The translations under genes and the position numbers were made by a program. The notes below the pieces were generated by a model. It did not search any database. It had not been told where the DNA came from and saw nothing but the letters and a program-made list of their open reading frames with translations. Of a stretch of 64,000 nucleotides of DNA, positions 36,001-48,852 are shown one piece after another; position 1 is the first letter of the stretch; every line of letters starts with the position of its first letter. Source of the DNA: Eledone cirrhosa (lineage: Eukaryota); the NCBI GenBank assembly GCA_964016885.1, contig OZ024756.1, forward strand, positions 372,001 through 436,000, in the 5' to 3' direction.

Positions 36001-36099
36001 TTTTAAATGATATACAATGTGCGAATGCAATTAAAATAAGAGAGAGAGAGAAAGCTATGTTGCCTGAGTGTATGTAAGTCAAAATGGGAAGCACATGTT

Positions 36100-36340
36100 C
36101 TTGGTCAACTAACATACACCCAAGCAATTTTGGTCAACTAACATAGACCCAGGCAATCTTGGTCAATCAACATACACCCAGGCAATCTTGGTCAACCAAC
36201 ATAAACCCAAGCAACCATAGTCAACCAACATACACCCAAGCAACCATAGTTAACCAACATACACCCAAGCAACCATAGTTAACCAACATACACCCAAGCA
36301 ACCATGGTCAACCAACATGCAACCACAGTCAACCAACATA
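36100..36340. repeat. 29-bp minisatellite
   Basis: gtcaaccaacatacacccaagcaaccata units. Confidence 0.9.
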
Positions 36341-36942
36341 GGGGCCTTTTCTTCTTACTCTCCATTTAAACCTGAGCCTCTTTATGTGACTGTTCAGCTT
36401 AACAAACATTCTCCTCCATAGAACAGTTTAAGTAAACATCAGAGAACAACTATGGCTGGTTGTGTAGGAGAGAGAGGGGGTGGGGAGAGAGGGGGGGGAG
36501 AAAGAGAGGGAGTAGGAGAGACTACAAAATGGTAAAGCGTTTTTATACTAACTCTGTTTTGTTTCTTCTTCTGGATAGTTTAGTAGTCAGTCAGAGAGAA
36601 ATTTTTTTTTTCCTCACTCTCTCTTCCCTTTTGTTAGCAATTTGATTGCAACCATGTTAATGACTATATAAAGTAACTGGTTTAACACTTGCTCAATAGC
36701 ATTCTTTCTCTCTTTCTCTGTCTCATAAGGCACACTTGCATACTGATACACACACACACACATAAAGGGAAGTGAAACCTCTAAACAATAAAAGCCATTT
36801 TGTGATACCAAACTTGCCAGGAACTTCATCTTGCTTCTGTGATTCAAAACAGTTTGTTTTAAAGTGTTTCTATTTATCTCTTCCATCATAATGTCATATA
36901 AGAACCTTTGTTAAGTTATGTTCCAATCACCAGCTAAATAAT

Positions 36943-37126
36943 TGTTTCTACTTTTGGCACAAGGCCAGCAATTACCCAGTACATTACTGGTACTTTATTT
37001 TATCGACCCCGTAAGGATGAAAGGCAAAGTTAACCTTGACGGGATTTGAACTCAGACAGTAAAGGGACGTAACTATGCTAGAAAGCATAGCGTCCAACCC
37101 TCTACTGATACTGCCAATTCACCGCC
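36943..37126 (-). mobile_element. SINE S1, full length, with an 18-bp TSD
   Basis: aatcaccagctaaataat at 36925-36942 and 37127-37144. Confidence 0.95.
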
Positions 37127-38009
37127 AATCACCAGCTAAATAATGAGAAAATCAGTTGCTTGATTATTTTCAACCATAGATAGTGTCCTTCAGGGTTAAA
37201 CTCTGTATATTTGTCTCTAAAAACCTTCCATCATAATGTTATGTAAGAACTTTTGTTAGGTTATGTTCCAAACACCAGCTAAATAATGAGGGAATCAGTT
37301 TTATTACTAAATTATTCCAAATTCTTGATTATTTTCAAAATTATTGAAAACCAGATGCAGTGTCTTACGTTAGAAATATGGTAATGAAAGAGTTAAATTG
37401 TGTTGGTTATTCCCAAAGCAAAAGGGTGACAACTTCAACATTTTAATTAATTAAATTTGAATTAGGCATGGAGTGAGGGGATAGGAAGTATTAGCTTGCT
37501 GACTAATATATATTTAAATCTAATTTTTAGTAAACATGGTGGAAACTCCAGACATGTTTCTGTTTCATTATCGTTTAGCCCTCGAGCTTCTATTTCCTCA
37601 CTGCATACGTAATTAAAATTTTATTTGATTGAAAATTTGGGGGATGTTGTCCCCTTGCAGTGATTAGACTTGATTAACATTAGTCACAGATAAGTAGCCA
37701 CGTGGTTAAGAAGTTTGTTTAGCAACCATGATACTCCAGGTTTGATGCCAACAGATGCTGCCTAGAGTAACTTGTCATATACTCTAGCTCCGAGCTGATC
37801 AATGCCTTGTGAGCGAATTTGGTCCAACGGAAACGGTAAGAAAATCCATTGTGCATGTATCTCAGTTTTTAGAATAAGAGCCCTGTATCTGTGTGTGTGG
37901 TTGAACCCAGAACTACTACATAATTGCAAGTAAAACTATTAACCCAAAGACAATGCACTGCAATTGTTGAAGTTTCTTAGTCGTTAGAGCAATATTTGTC
38001 ACCTTCCCC

Positions 38010-38168
38010 CTTTACATTCTCATTTCAAATCTCCGAGGTTAACTTTACCTTTCATACTCCGGACCTAATAAAAATAGAGTAGAGGTAAAATACAGAGATC
38101 AATTTGATCGACCTTTCCTCCCCACACCCACCATTACTGACCTTGTGCCAAAATTAGAAACCATTATT
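38010..38168 (+). mobile_element. SINE S1-related, degraded
   Basis: recognisable core and tail. Confidence 0.65.
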
Positions 38169-38939
38169 TCAAATATAGCTTTATTACGCCATATTGTAAG
38201 CAAGTGAAATATGAAGAGTCCTTAGTCTATGACATACCTAACTGCAGGATAATATTCCACTATATCTTACATTCCCTCCTCTGCTTTATAATCTTCTTAA
38301 CTTCTACCCATATATTGGCAGATATCCCAGATTTACAAGGAAAAGAGTGTAGTGACCTGTAGGGTAACGACAATAGTCAGCAGAGTTTTAATTTGTATTT
38401 AGAGCACAAAACAACATAATTAGATATGATATATGGAGTATAATACTACTATTTCTGACACTTCATCATACCTATCTATTTAATCCTTTCATGAATGAAT
38501 TTCTAATGAAATACACTATTTTGATTAATTATTAATTAAGAATTTTGAGGGATTCACTAAAATTATTAATGATTTCATTATTAAAATATCATCATCTCTT
38601 ATATAAAATTATGTTGAAAGATTTTAATTTAAATTGGAAACTTTTACAATGGGTTGTTTTATTTCATAGAACCAGAGCTGGTTTTGGTTGGGTTGGTAAC
38701 TAAAGGGTTAAAATCATGAGCCCAACAGTCAAACCACTATTGTTTCAAATAGGTTACACTGTATCCCTATCTGTTGTAAGATATGAGCAAAAGAGTTGGC
38801 ACAAGGATGGGCATCTGGTTATAAAGCAGTGACCACAAAAAGTACTCCATGATGAGTTTGAAGCATGTTAGGGTGAGGGACCCACACAGACTAAGGCCCA
38901 GCTTTAGCAAGGAGTAATGGTCATAAAACACTTGTATAT

Positions 38940-39610
38940 ATTGGTTTCTAATACAAGGTCAGCATACTTGGAGGAAGGGCAAAGTTGATTATATCAACCC
39001 AGTTCTTTACCTGTACTTTATTTTACCCACCCCAAGGAAGGATGAAAGGTAAAGTTGTCCACAGAGAGATTTGAAATGAGAATATAAAGAAATGAGAACA
39101 AATACTACAAAACATTTGTCTAACGCCCCAACACCTCTGCCAACCTCTACTACCCTAACACCTCTACCAATCTACTGACTGCCCTTATAATAAATAATTC
39201 TGGCACATGGTCATTAATCTGGGAGAAGGGGAAAGTCAAGTATATCAACTCCAATATTTAACTCGAAGTATGAAAGATAAAGTTGACCTTAGATGGGATT
39301 TGAACTCAGAATGCTGAAACTGTTAAATATCTGCTTGACACTCTCGTGACTCTACTAACATCCTTATAGTTGTATATATTGTAAAATATCTCCTCACACA
39401 CAGTTATTTCACCTTCAATTTCTATTGCTTGTCTATGTTAGATTTAGGCACGAGGCCAGCAATTTGGGGGAGGGGGACAGTCGATTATATCGACCCCAGT
39501 GCATTACTGGTGCTTTATTTTATTGACCCCATAAGGATGAAAGGCAAAGCTAACCTCAGAACATAACTATGCCGCAAAGCATATTGTCCAATGCTCTGCC
39601 AATTGACTGC
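38940..39610 (-). mobile_element. Cluster of three S1-related SINEs
   Basis: repeated gatgaaaggtaaagttg..gatttgaa cores. Confidence 0.7.
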
Positions 39611-40022
39611 GACAGTAATAACAATATGTGTGGTTGACTACTTTCAGTAAAAGCCATAATGACAAATGATGAAAGCTATAATAAATAAAAATTCTAAGAG
39701 TACGTAAGCATCAAACCATTTCTTTGAAATTATATAAAATCCTTCAAAGCAATTTTGATTCATTCCGTTCATAGACTCATATTTCATTTCAACTATTCTA
39801 AATCTAATATGGCATTCTACAAATATTTTAACCTCCAGTGAGTTGTACCAGAGTTTTGAAACAGACAATTGCTAAATTAGATGCTTTCAATCAACAAGTA
39901 AATGAAAGATGATCATTTTCATCTCCACACCCCAAACACACAAAATAAAAAAAAACATCAGCATTTTTCAACAAGAAATACCAAGAGAGAAGTTGAGAAA
40001 GTCAGAGATTCTTGAAAAACAT

Positions 40023-43000
40023 TAGACACAGTGTTATAATGTTAGACCTTAGATCTGAGATAGACAGTGTTATAATGTTAGACCTTAGATCTGAGATAGA
40101 CGCAGTGTTATAATGTTAGACCTCAGATCTGACAACATAGACACAGTGTTATAATGTTAGACCTTAGATCTGAGATAGACAGTGTTATAATGTTAGACCT
40201 TAGATCTGAGATAGACACAGTGTTATAATGTTAGACCTTAGATCTGACAACATAGACACAGTGTTATAATGTTAGACCTTAGATCTGACAACATAGACAC
40301 AGTGCTATAATGTTAGACCTTAGATCTGACAACATAGACACAGTGTTATAATGTTAGACCTTAGATCTGAGATAGACACAGTGTTATAATGTTAAACCTT
40401 AGATCTGACAACATAGACAGTGTTATAATGTTAGACCTCAGATCTGAGATAGACACAGTGTTATAATGGTAGACCTCAGATCTGACAACATAGACAGTGT
40501 TATAATGTTAGACCTCAGATCTGAGATAGACACAGTGTTATAATGTTAGACCTTAGATCTGACAACATAGACACAGCGTTATAATGTTAGACCTTAGATC
40601 TGACATAGACACAGTGTTATGATGTTAGACCTTAAATCTGACAACATAGACACAGTGTTATAATGTCAGACCTTAGATCTGATAACATAGACACAGTGTT
40701 ATAATGTTAGACCTTAGATCTTATATAGACACAGTGTTATGATGTTAGACCTTAAATCTGACAACATAGACACAGTGTTATAATGTCAGACCTTAGATCT
40801 GATAACATAGACACAGTGTTATAATGTTAGACCTTAGATCTGAGATAGACACAGTGTTATAATGTTAGACCTTAGGTCTGACAACATAGACACAGTGTTA
40901 TAATGTTACACCTTAGATCTGACAACATAGACACAGTGTTATAATGTTAGATCTTAGATCTGAGATAGACACAGTGTTATAAGGTTAGACCTCCGATCTG
41001 ACATAAACACAGTGTTATAATGTTAGACCTTAGATCTGATAACATAGACAGTGTTATAATGTTAAACCTTAGATCTGAGATAGGTCTAACATTATAACAC
41101 TGTGTCTATCTCAGATCTGAGGTCTAACATTATAACACTGTGTCTATGTTATCAGATCTAAGGTCTAACATTATAACACTGTGTCTATCTCAGATCTAAC
41201 GTCTAACATTATAACACTGTGTCTATCTCAGGTCTAACGTTATAACACTGTGTCTATGTTGTCAGATCTAAGGTCTAACATTATAGCACTGTGTCTATGT
41301 TGTCAGATCTAAGGTCTAACATTATAACACTGTGTCTTAGATCTGACAACATAGACACAGTGCTATAATGTTAGACCTTAGATCTGACAACATAGACACA
41401 GTGTTATAACGTTAGACCTGAGATAGACACAGTGTTATAATGTTAGACCTTAGATCTGACAACATAGACACAGTGTTATAATGTTAGACCTCAGATCTGA
41501 CAACATAGATACAGTGCTATAATGTAAGACCTTAGATCTGACAACATAGACAGAGTGTTATAATGTTAGACCTTAGATCTGATATAGACACAGTGTTATA
41601 ATGTTAGACCTCAGTTCTGACAACATAGACACAGTGCTATAATGTTAGATCTTAGATCTGACAACATAGACACAGTGTTATAATGTTAAACCTTAGATCT
41701 GAGATAGACACAGTGTTATAATGGTAGACCTTAGGTCTAACAACATAGACACAGTGCTATAATGTTAGACCACTGATCTGACATAGACACAGTGTTATAA
41801 TGTTAGACCTTAGATATGATAACATAGACAGTGTTATAATGTTAGACCTTAGGTCTGACAACATAGACACAGTGTTATAATGTTAGACCTCAGATCTGAG
41901 ATAGACACAGTGTTATAATGTTAGACCTTAGATCCGAGATAGACACAGTGTTATGTTAGACCTCAGATCTGACAACATAGACACAGTGTTATAATGTTAG
42001 ACCTTAGATCTGAGATAGACACAGTGTTATAATGTTAGACCTTAGGTCTGACAACATAGACAGTGTTATAATGTTAGACCTTAGATCTGACATAGACACA
42101 GTGTTTTAATGTTAGACCTTAGATCTGACATAGACACAGTGTTATATTGTTAGACCTTAGATCTTACATAGACACAGTGTTATAATGTTAGACCTCAGAT
42201 CTGACAACATAGACAGTGTTATAATGTTAAACCTTAGATCTGAGATAGACACAGTGTTATAATGTTAGACCTTAGATCTGAGATAGACACAGTGTTATAA
42301 TGTTAGACCTTAGATCTGAGATAGACACAGTGTTATAATGTTAGACCTTAGATCTGAGATAGACACAGTGTTATAATGTTAGACCTTAGATCTGAGATAG
42401 ACACAGTGTTATAATGTTAGACCTTAGATCTGAGATAGACACAGTGTTATAATGTTAGACCTTAGATCTGAGATAGACAGTGTTATAATGTTAGACCTTA
42501 GATCTGAGATAGACACAGTGTTATAAGGTTAGACCTTAGATATGAGATAGACACAGCGTTATGTTAGACCTTAGGTCTGACAACATAGACAGTGTTATAA
42601 TGTTAGACCTTAGGTCTGACAACATAGACACAGTGTTATAATGTTAGACCTCAGATCTGAGATAGACACAGTGTTATAATGTTAGACCTTAGATCCGAGA
42701 TAGACACAGTGTTATGTTAGACCTCAGATCTGACAACATAGACACAGTGTTATAATGTTAGACCTTAGATCTGAGATAGACACAGTGTTATAATGTTAGA
42801 CCTTAGGTCTGACAACATAGACAGTGTTATAATGTTAGACCTTAGATCTGACATAGACACAGTGTTTTAATGTTAGACCTTAGATCTGACATAGACACAG
42901 TGTTATATTGTTAGACCTTAGATCTTACATAGACACAGTGTTATAATGTTAGACCTCAGATCTGACAACATAGACAGTGTTATAATGTTAAACCTTAGAT

Positions 43001-43911
43001 CTGAGATAGACACAGTGTTATAATGTTAGACCTTAGATCTGAGATAGACACAGTGTTATAATGTTAGACCTTAGATCTGAGATAGACACAGTGTTATAAT
43101 GTTAGACCTTAGATCTGAGATAGACACAGTGTTATAATGTTAGACCTTAGATCTGAGATAGACACAGTGTTATAAGGTTAGACCTTAGATATGAGATAGA
43201 CACAGCGTTATGTTAGACCTTAGGTCTGACAACATAGACACAGTGCTACAATGTTAGACCTCTGATCTGACATAGACACAGTGTTATAATGTTAGACCTT
43301 AGATCTGATAACATAGACACAGTGCTATAATGTTAGACCTTAGATCTGATAACATAGACTCCGTGTTATAATGTTAGACCTTAGATCTGAGATAGACACA
43401 GTGTTATAATGTTAGACCTTAGATCTGAGATAGACACAGTGCTATAATGGTAGACCTTAGGTCTGACAACATAGACACAGTGCTATAATGTTAGACCTCT
43501 GATCTGACATAGACACAGTGTTATAATGTTAGACCTTAGATCTGACAACATAGACACAGTGTTATAATGTTAGACCTTAGATCTGAGATAGACACAGTGT
43601 TATAATGGTAGACCTTAGATCTGACAACATAGACACAGTGCTATAATGTTAGACCTCAGATCTGACATAGACACAGTGCTATAATGTTAGACCTCTGATC
43701 TGACATAGCCACAGTGTTATAATGTTAGACCTTAGATCTGACAACATAGACACAGTGTTATAATGTTAGACCTTAGATCTGACAACATAGACACAGTGTT
43801 ATAATGTTAGACCTTAGATCTGAGATAGACACAGTGTTATAATGTTAGACCTTAGGTCTGACAACATAGACACAGTGCTATAATGTTAGACCTCTGATCT
43901 GACATAGACGC
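40023..43911. repeat. 37-42 bp satellite, left block (contains an inverted segment at about 41082-41337)
   Basis: atagacacagtgttataatgttagaccttagatctga(g|caac). Confidence 0.98.
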
Positions 43912-44220
43912 TGTTGTATGGACTGGGAATCAAACTCACAACCTCATTGTTGTATGGACTGGGAATCAAACTCACAACCTCATTGTTGTATGGACTGTTA
44001 AATTTCTATTCAATTTACACGTGCTCACACATTTGCATATGAATCACGTGACCTGGGCAGTCAGTCAGCGTTGGTATTAAAAACTCGGTCACAGACTGCT
44101 ACTTACTTACTTTATGTTATTCTGCTACTGCGAGGAGGGGCGTTTTCGTTGTTTTACAAATTACACAAATTATTTGATATAACTCGTGTTTTCTCTGCGA
44201 GTACTGAGAAGAATACAACA
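43912..44220 (+). repeat. 5' LTR (309 bp)
   Basis: matches 48580-48852 plus one extra 36-bp unit. Confidence 0.95.
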
Positions 44221-44283
44221 GAGTTTATTGGCGTCGACGATAGGATTTACCTACATTGCCGGGAAATTGTTTATCACAAAAAC

Positions 44284-47200
44284 ATGGCGGAACAACAAAC
44301 AGCGGAGCTAATAAAGTTGTTTAGAGAACAGATGGAAAAACAAATGCAACAACAGGAACAACAAATGCAACAACAGGAACAACAAATGCAACAACAGGAA
44401 CAACAAATGCAACAACACAAGAAAGATATGGACACTCTGATAAAACTGTTTGGTGCTCGAGATTCTGAACAATAACAGAGTTTATTGGCGTCGCCAGTTG
44501 CTTCGACACCAACAGCATTCATCCCACCATTTGCTGCTTTTGATTCAACAACAGAACTGTGGCCTGATTACTGGTCAAGATTCTGCTCGTTTGTGGCTGC
44601 TAACGCTGTACCCGAGCAACGCATGGCACAAGTGTTCCTGACTAATCAGACGGCTGCTATCTACAAACAACTTGCAAATCTGGCTGCTCAACAAAATCCG
44701 CCTAAGAATATCAACAAGTTGACAATGGACGAAATTGTTGACTTCATGAAAGAACAGTTTGACCCAAAACTTTTCATTGTGAGAGAACGTTTCAAGTTCT
44801 GGAGTGACATGCAACGGAAGCCAGGCGAAACTCTCCAGGAGCTGGCAGCACGTATACGTCAGGATGCAGCTACCTGTGATTTTCCTTCGATCACAAATCC
44901 ACAAGATGAAGCTCTAAGACAGAGATTTATATGTTCTGTCAATAATGAAGCTGTGTTGAAGGCTATTTTCAAGATCAAGGATACAGAACTAGATTTCGCC
45001 TGTGCTGTCCAAGTTGCCATCGGGACCGAAGACGCAGCAAAGGTTGCCAAGGAAACTGTTTACGGTTCCAAAACCAAAGCAAGTCTACAAGGTCCAGCAG
45101 AACAAGAACAAGGGTCCTCGAAAGAACTATCAGCAGTCTTATTCCACAGACCAGGAGATGTGCTACCGATGTGGAAAGGCCCACAAAGTGACAGACTGTC
45201 CCTTCAAAGAAGCCAAATGTCATTTTTGTGACAAAAAGGGACATTTGCAAGCGGTGTGTAGAAAGAAACAACATCAGCAACGTAATCATCGCTCACAGAA
45301 TTACGTAAAAAGAATCACGAAAGCTGAGCTAGTCAAGGCGATCCTTGGTGAAGTTCCCCACGATACTCATAGTTTGAATGTGCCAATAACAATCCAGAAC
45401 AGACCTTTCACAATGGAATTGGACACAGCTACTACAGGCAATTTTGTTTCCTTGTCAGTTTGGAAACAATTAGGAAAACCGAAGCTGCAAGATGTCAAAC
45501 ATCGGTTTGAATCTGCCAGCAAGCACGACCTGCCCATTCTGGGAACTTTCATGGGCCAAACCAAGGATCCAACGACCGGTAAACAGAATTCAATACCCTA
45601 CATCGTCACCAAGATCCCTGATCTTAATTTGCTGGGATGAAACGCTATCCAGACTCTGGGAATTTCCGTGGACAATACTCTAGGATTGAAAAGCATAGAC
45701 AGCCAGGCCAAGAGTGAGGGTGCAGAAGTGATGCATCCAAAGACCTCAAATGAGCCCTATATTTCCATGTAACGAGATTGTCACAACATGTGTGATGAAT
45801 TCCTAGATCTCTTCAAGCAAGAATTGGGATGTCTTAATGACTTCGAACTGGAAGTGAAGTTCAAGTCGGACGCGACACCGGTCTTTCACAAGGCACGCCC
45901 GGTCCCGTTTGCTCTTTGTGATGACCTGGCCAAAGGTTACGAAGAAGGCATCGCCAAAGGTTACGAAGAAGGCATCGCCAAAGGAATCTGGAAGCCAATA
46001 CAGTTCAACGAATACGGAACGCCAGTGGTACCGATTCGTAAAGCACATACTTCAGGCAATCTGAAGCCCAAACTACGGATTTGTGGTGACTACTCTGTGG
46101 GAATTAATGACCAACTTGCAGATCATCGTCATCCAATGCCACTCCCAGAGGAACTGATGCAGAAGCTCGGAGGTGGATTCGGATACACAAAGATTGATCT
46201 TGCTGATGCCTATAATCAGATCAAGCTGGCTCCAGAAAGTCAACGCAGGCTTGCACTCAGCACTCACCGTGGGGTGCTCCTGCAGGAACGACTCCCTTTT
46301 GGAATCAAGTCAGCACCTGGTTACTTTCAGGAGATCATGGAAAACCTGACTCAAGATCTACCTGGTGTGGCTGTCTTCCAGGACGACATGCTCGTCAGTG
46401 GGAAAGATGCAAACGATCACCTGAACAACCTAGTGTCTGCTCACACGTCTGTGCGACAAAGGACTCAGATGTCGCCGTGACAAGTGCCAGTTTGCACTAC
46501 CCAGTGTGGAATACCTTGGACACACCTTGTCGGCTGAAGGGATCGCGAAGGGATCCAAGGTCGAAGCAGTTTTAAAGATGCCACCTCCAACGAACGTCTC
46601 AAGCTTGAAGTCTTTCCTGGGTTCAATTCAGTTCTATGGAAAGTTTATCCCAAACCTGGCCAGCATGGCAGAGCCACTCTATTGCCTTACGAAAAAAACG
46701 ACTACTTGGAAGTGGGGAGATGAAGAACAGTCAGCTTTCGATCAGTTGAAAAATGTGCTTTCATCGGATCGAGTTCTGATACACTTCGATCCAAACAAAA
46801 CTTTGGGACGCGTCAAACGTTGGTATTGGAGCAGTCCTGTTTCATCGCTATCCTGATGGAAGTGAGCGCCCAATATCCAATCTGTCCAAGACTCTTACTT
46901 CTGCACAGCGTAACTACGGCCAAATTCAAAAGGAAGCCCTGGCCATCATATTTGGCTTGCAGAAGTTCTATCAGTATCTGTACGGACATCAGTTTATACT
47001 CGTAACTGACCACAAGCCACTGACATCACTGTTCAGTCCGAGGAAAGGGACGCCACTTCTCGCTGCTAACCGACTAGCACGGTGGGCCCTGTGGCTGAAC
47101 CAGTTTGACTACAGTTCGAATATCGGAAAACAGCGGATCATGGCAATGCAGATGCTCTCAGTCGCTTGCCATTTGGTAATGACATCGACTTTGACAGGAA

Positions 47201-48446
47201 GGAAAATGGTGAAGACATGGACATGGTGTGCGCCATCAAAGCTCTCAGTCTTCAAGTCCAACCTATCGATTCTAACGTCCTCCGTCAAGAGTCAGGGAAA
47301 GATCCAGTGATATCTACAGTGATACGCTACGTCCGTGAAGGCTGGCCACCAAAGAATACTGAGATCAATGACGAAGTCAATAAGTTCCGGAAGTTATCGG
47401 ATTCACTCAGTATCTGCCACGGATGCCTTATCCATGGATCGAGAGTTGTGATTCCACATAGCTTACAGCCAAAGATCCTCAATCTTCTGCATCTCGGACA
47501 CTTTGGCATGGAGCGCATGAAACAATTGGCAAGAACTGCTGTTTATTGGCCTGGTATCGATGCTGCTATAGAGAAAACCAGTCGACAATGTGATTCGTGT
47601 GGTGAACATCAAAACCAGCCATCCAAGTCTCCAGTTCACCCATGGATGTTACCTGAAAAGCCGTGGAGCCGCTGACACCTGAACCACGCAATAAATTTCA
47701 TGGGCAGTAATTGGTTGGTGATCACGGATGCTTATTCCAAGTATTCATGCATTCATCCTACGTCATCCACGTCCTCCAGAGCCACTTTAGATCTGCTTGA
47801 AGAAGACTTTGCGCACTTCGGATTTCCTCACACGCTAGTCACCGATAACGCACCGACTTTTATTTCTGAGGAGTTCCAGAGCTGGTGCAAAGAACATGGG
47901 ATCACGCACCTGACAGGGGCACCTTACCACCCAGCTACTAACAGAGCAGCGGAACGTTTGGTGCAGACCTTCAAACAAGCTCTGAGGAAGACTTCTCTTC
48001 CGCCGAAGCGAGCACTTCAAGAGTTCTTGATGCAGTACCGGAGAACACCAACATCCAGTGGATTCTCTCCGAGTGAACTTTTGAATCACCGGCAGATACG
48101 GACAAGGATTGATTCTCTGCTGCCCTCGCCAGCACACATCGCTCAAGGCAAGCAGTCTAAGGAAGCATATAAGTCTCAGATGACTCCGGACTCGGCAGGT
48201 GTCGCTAAGGTTACCAGGCAGTACAAGGCTGGAGATCCTGTGTATGCACTGTACTACGGTACTCGCTGCTTCAACGTTAAGGTCATACCTCATGGCCCGG
48301 TGTGGAGACGACACTGGGAACAGCTGCAACCGCGGTACACAACTGAGGAAGACAATGAACCTGGTGATGCAGTAGACACTGTTTTTGAATTTGCAACAGA
48401 CCACGCGATGGAGATCTCGGAAATCGTGCCACTAACTCGAAGATAG
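44284..48446 (+). pseudogene. gag-pol pseudogene
   Basis: gag with two Zn knuckles (CYRCGKAH..C, CHFCDKKGH..C), protease LDTA, RT IDLADAY/LPFG/FQDD, RNase H TDHKPL, integrase HHCC and D-D-E; several stops and frameshifts. Confidence 0.93.
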
Positions 48447-48579
48447 ACCAGACCCAAGAACTTGTTGCCCGTTCCAGAGTATGGACCAGACAATCGAAGA
48501 CGGTCCAAGAGAACTCGTAAACCCCCAGAGAGACTTTGCTGTTGATGACTCTTTTGTCGCATCAATTTCGGTGGGGAGG

Positions 48580-48852
48580 TGTTGTATGGACTGGGAATCG
48601 AACTCACAACCTCATTGTTGTATGGACTGTTAAATTTCTATTCAATTTACACGTGCTCACACATTTGCATATGAATCACGTGACCTGGGCAGTCAGTCAG
48701 CATTGGTATTAAAAACTCGGTCACAGACTGCTACTTACTTACTTTATGTTATTCTGCTACTGCGAGGTGGGGAATTTTGGTTGTTTCGCAAATTACACAA
48801 ATTATTTGATATAACTCGTGTTTTCTCTGCGAGTACCGAGAGGAATACAACA
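48580..48852 (+). repeat. 3' LTR (273 bp)
   Basis: follows the polypurine tract; about 10 substitutions versus the 5' LTR. Confidence 0.95.

Larger units (their letters stand above)
43912..48852 (+). mobile_element. Ty3/Gypsy LTR retrotransposon (Mag-like), full length, decayed
   Basis: two LTRs TGTTGTAT..ATACAACA, 5-bp TSD GACGC, PBS-like TGGCGTCGACGA, polypurine tract GGTGGGGAGG at 48570-48579, domain order PR-RT-RH-IN. Confidence 0.97.

Noticed and set aside
40034-40040. Repeated TATAAT bacterial -10 boxes
   Set aside because: Eukaryotic satellite unit; coincidental
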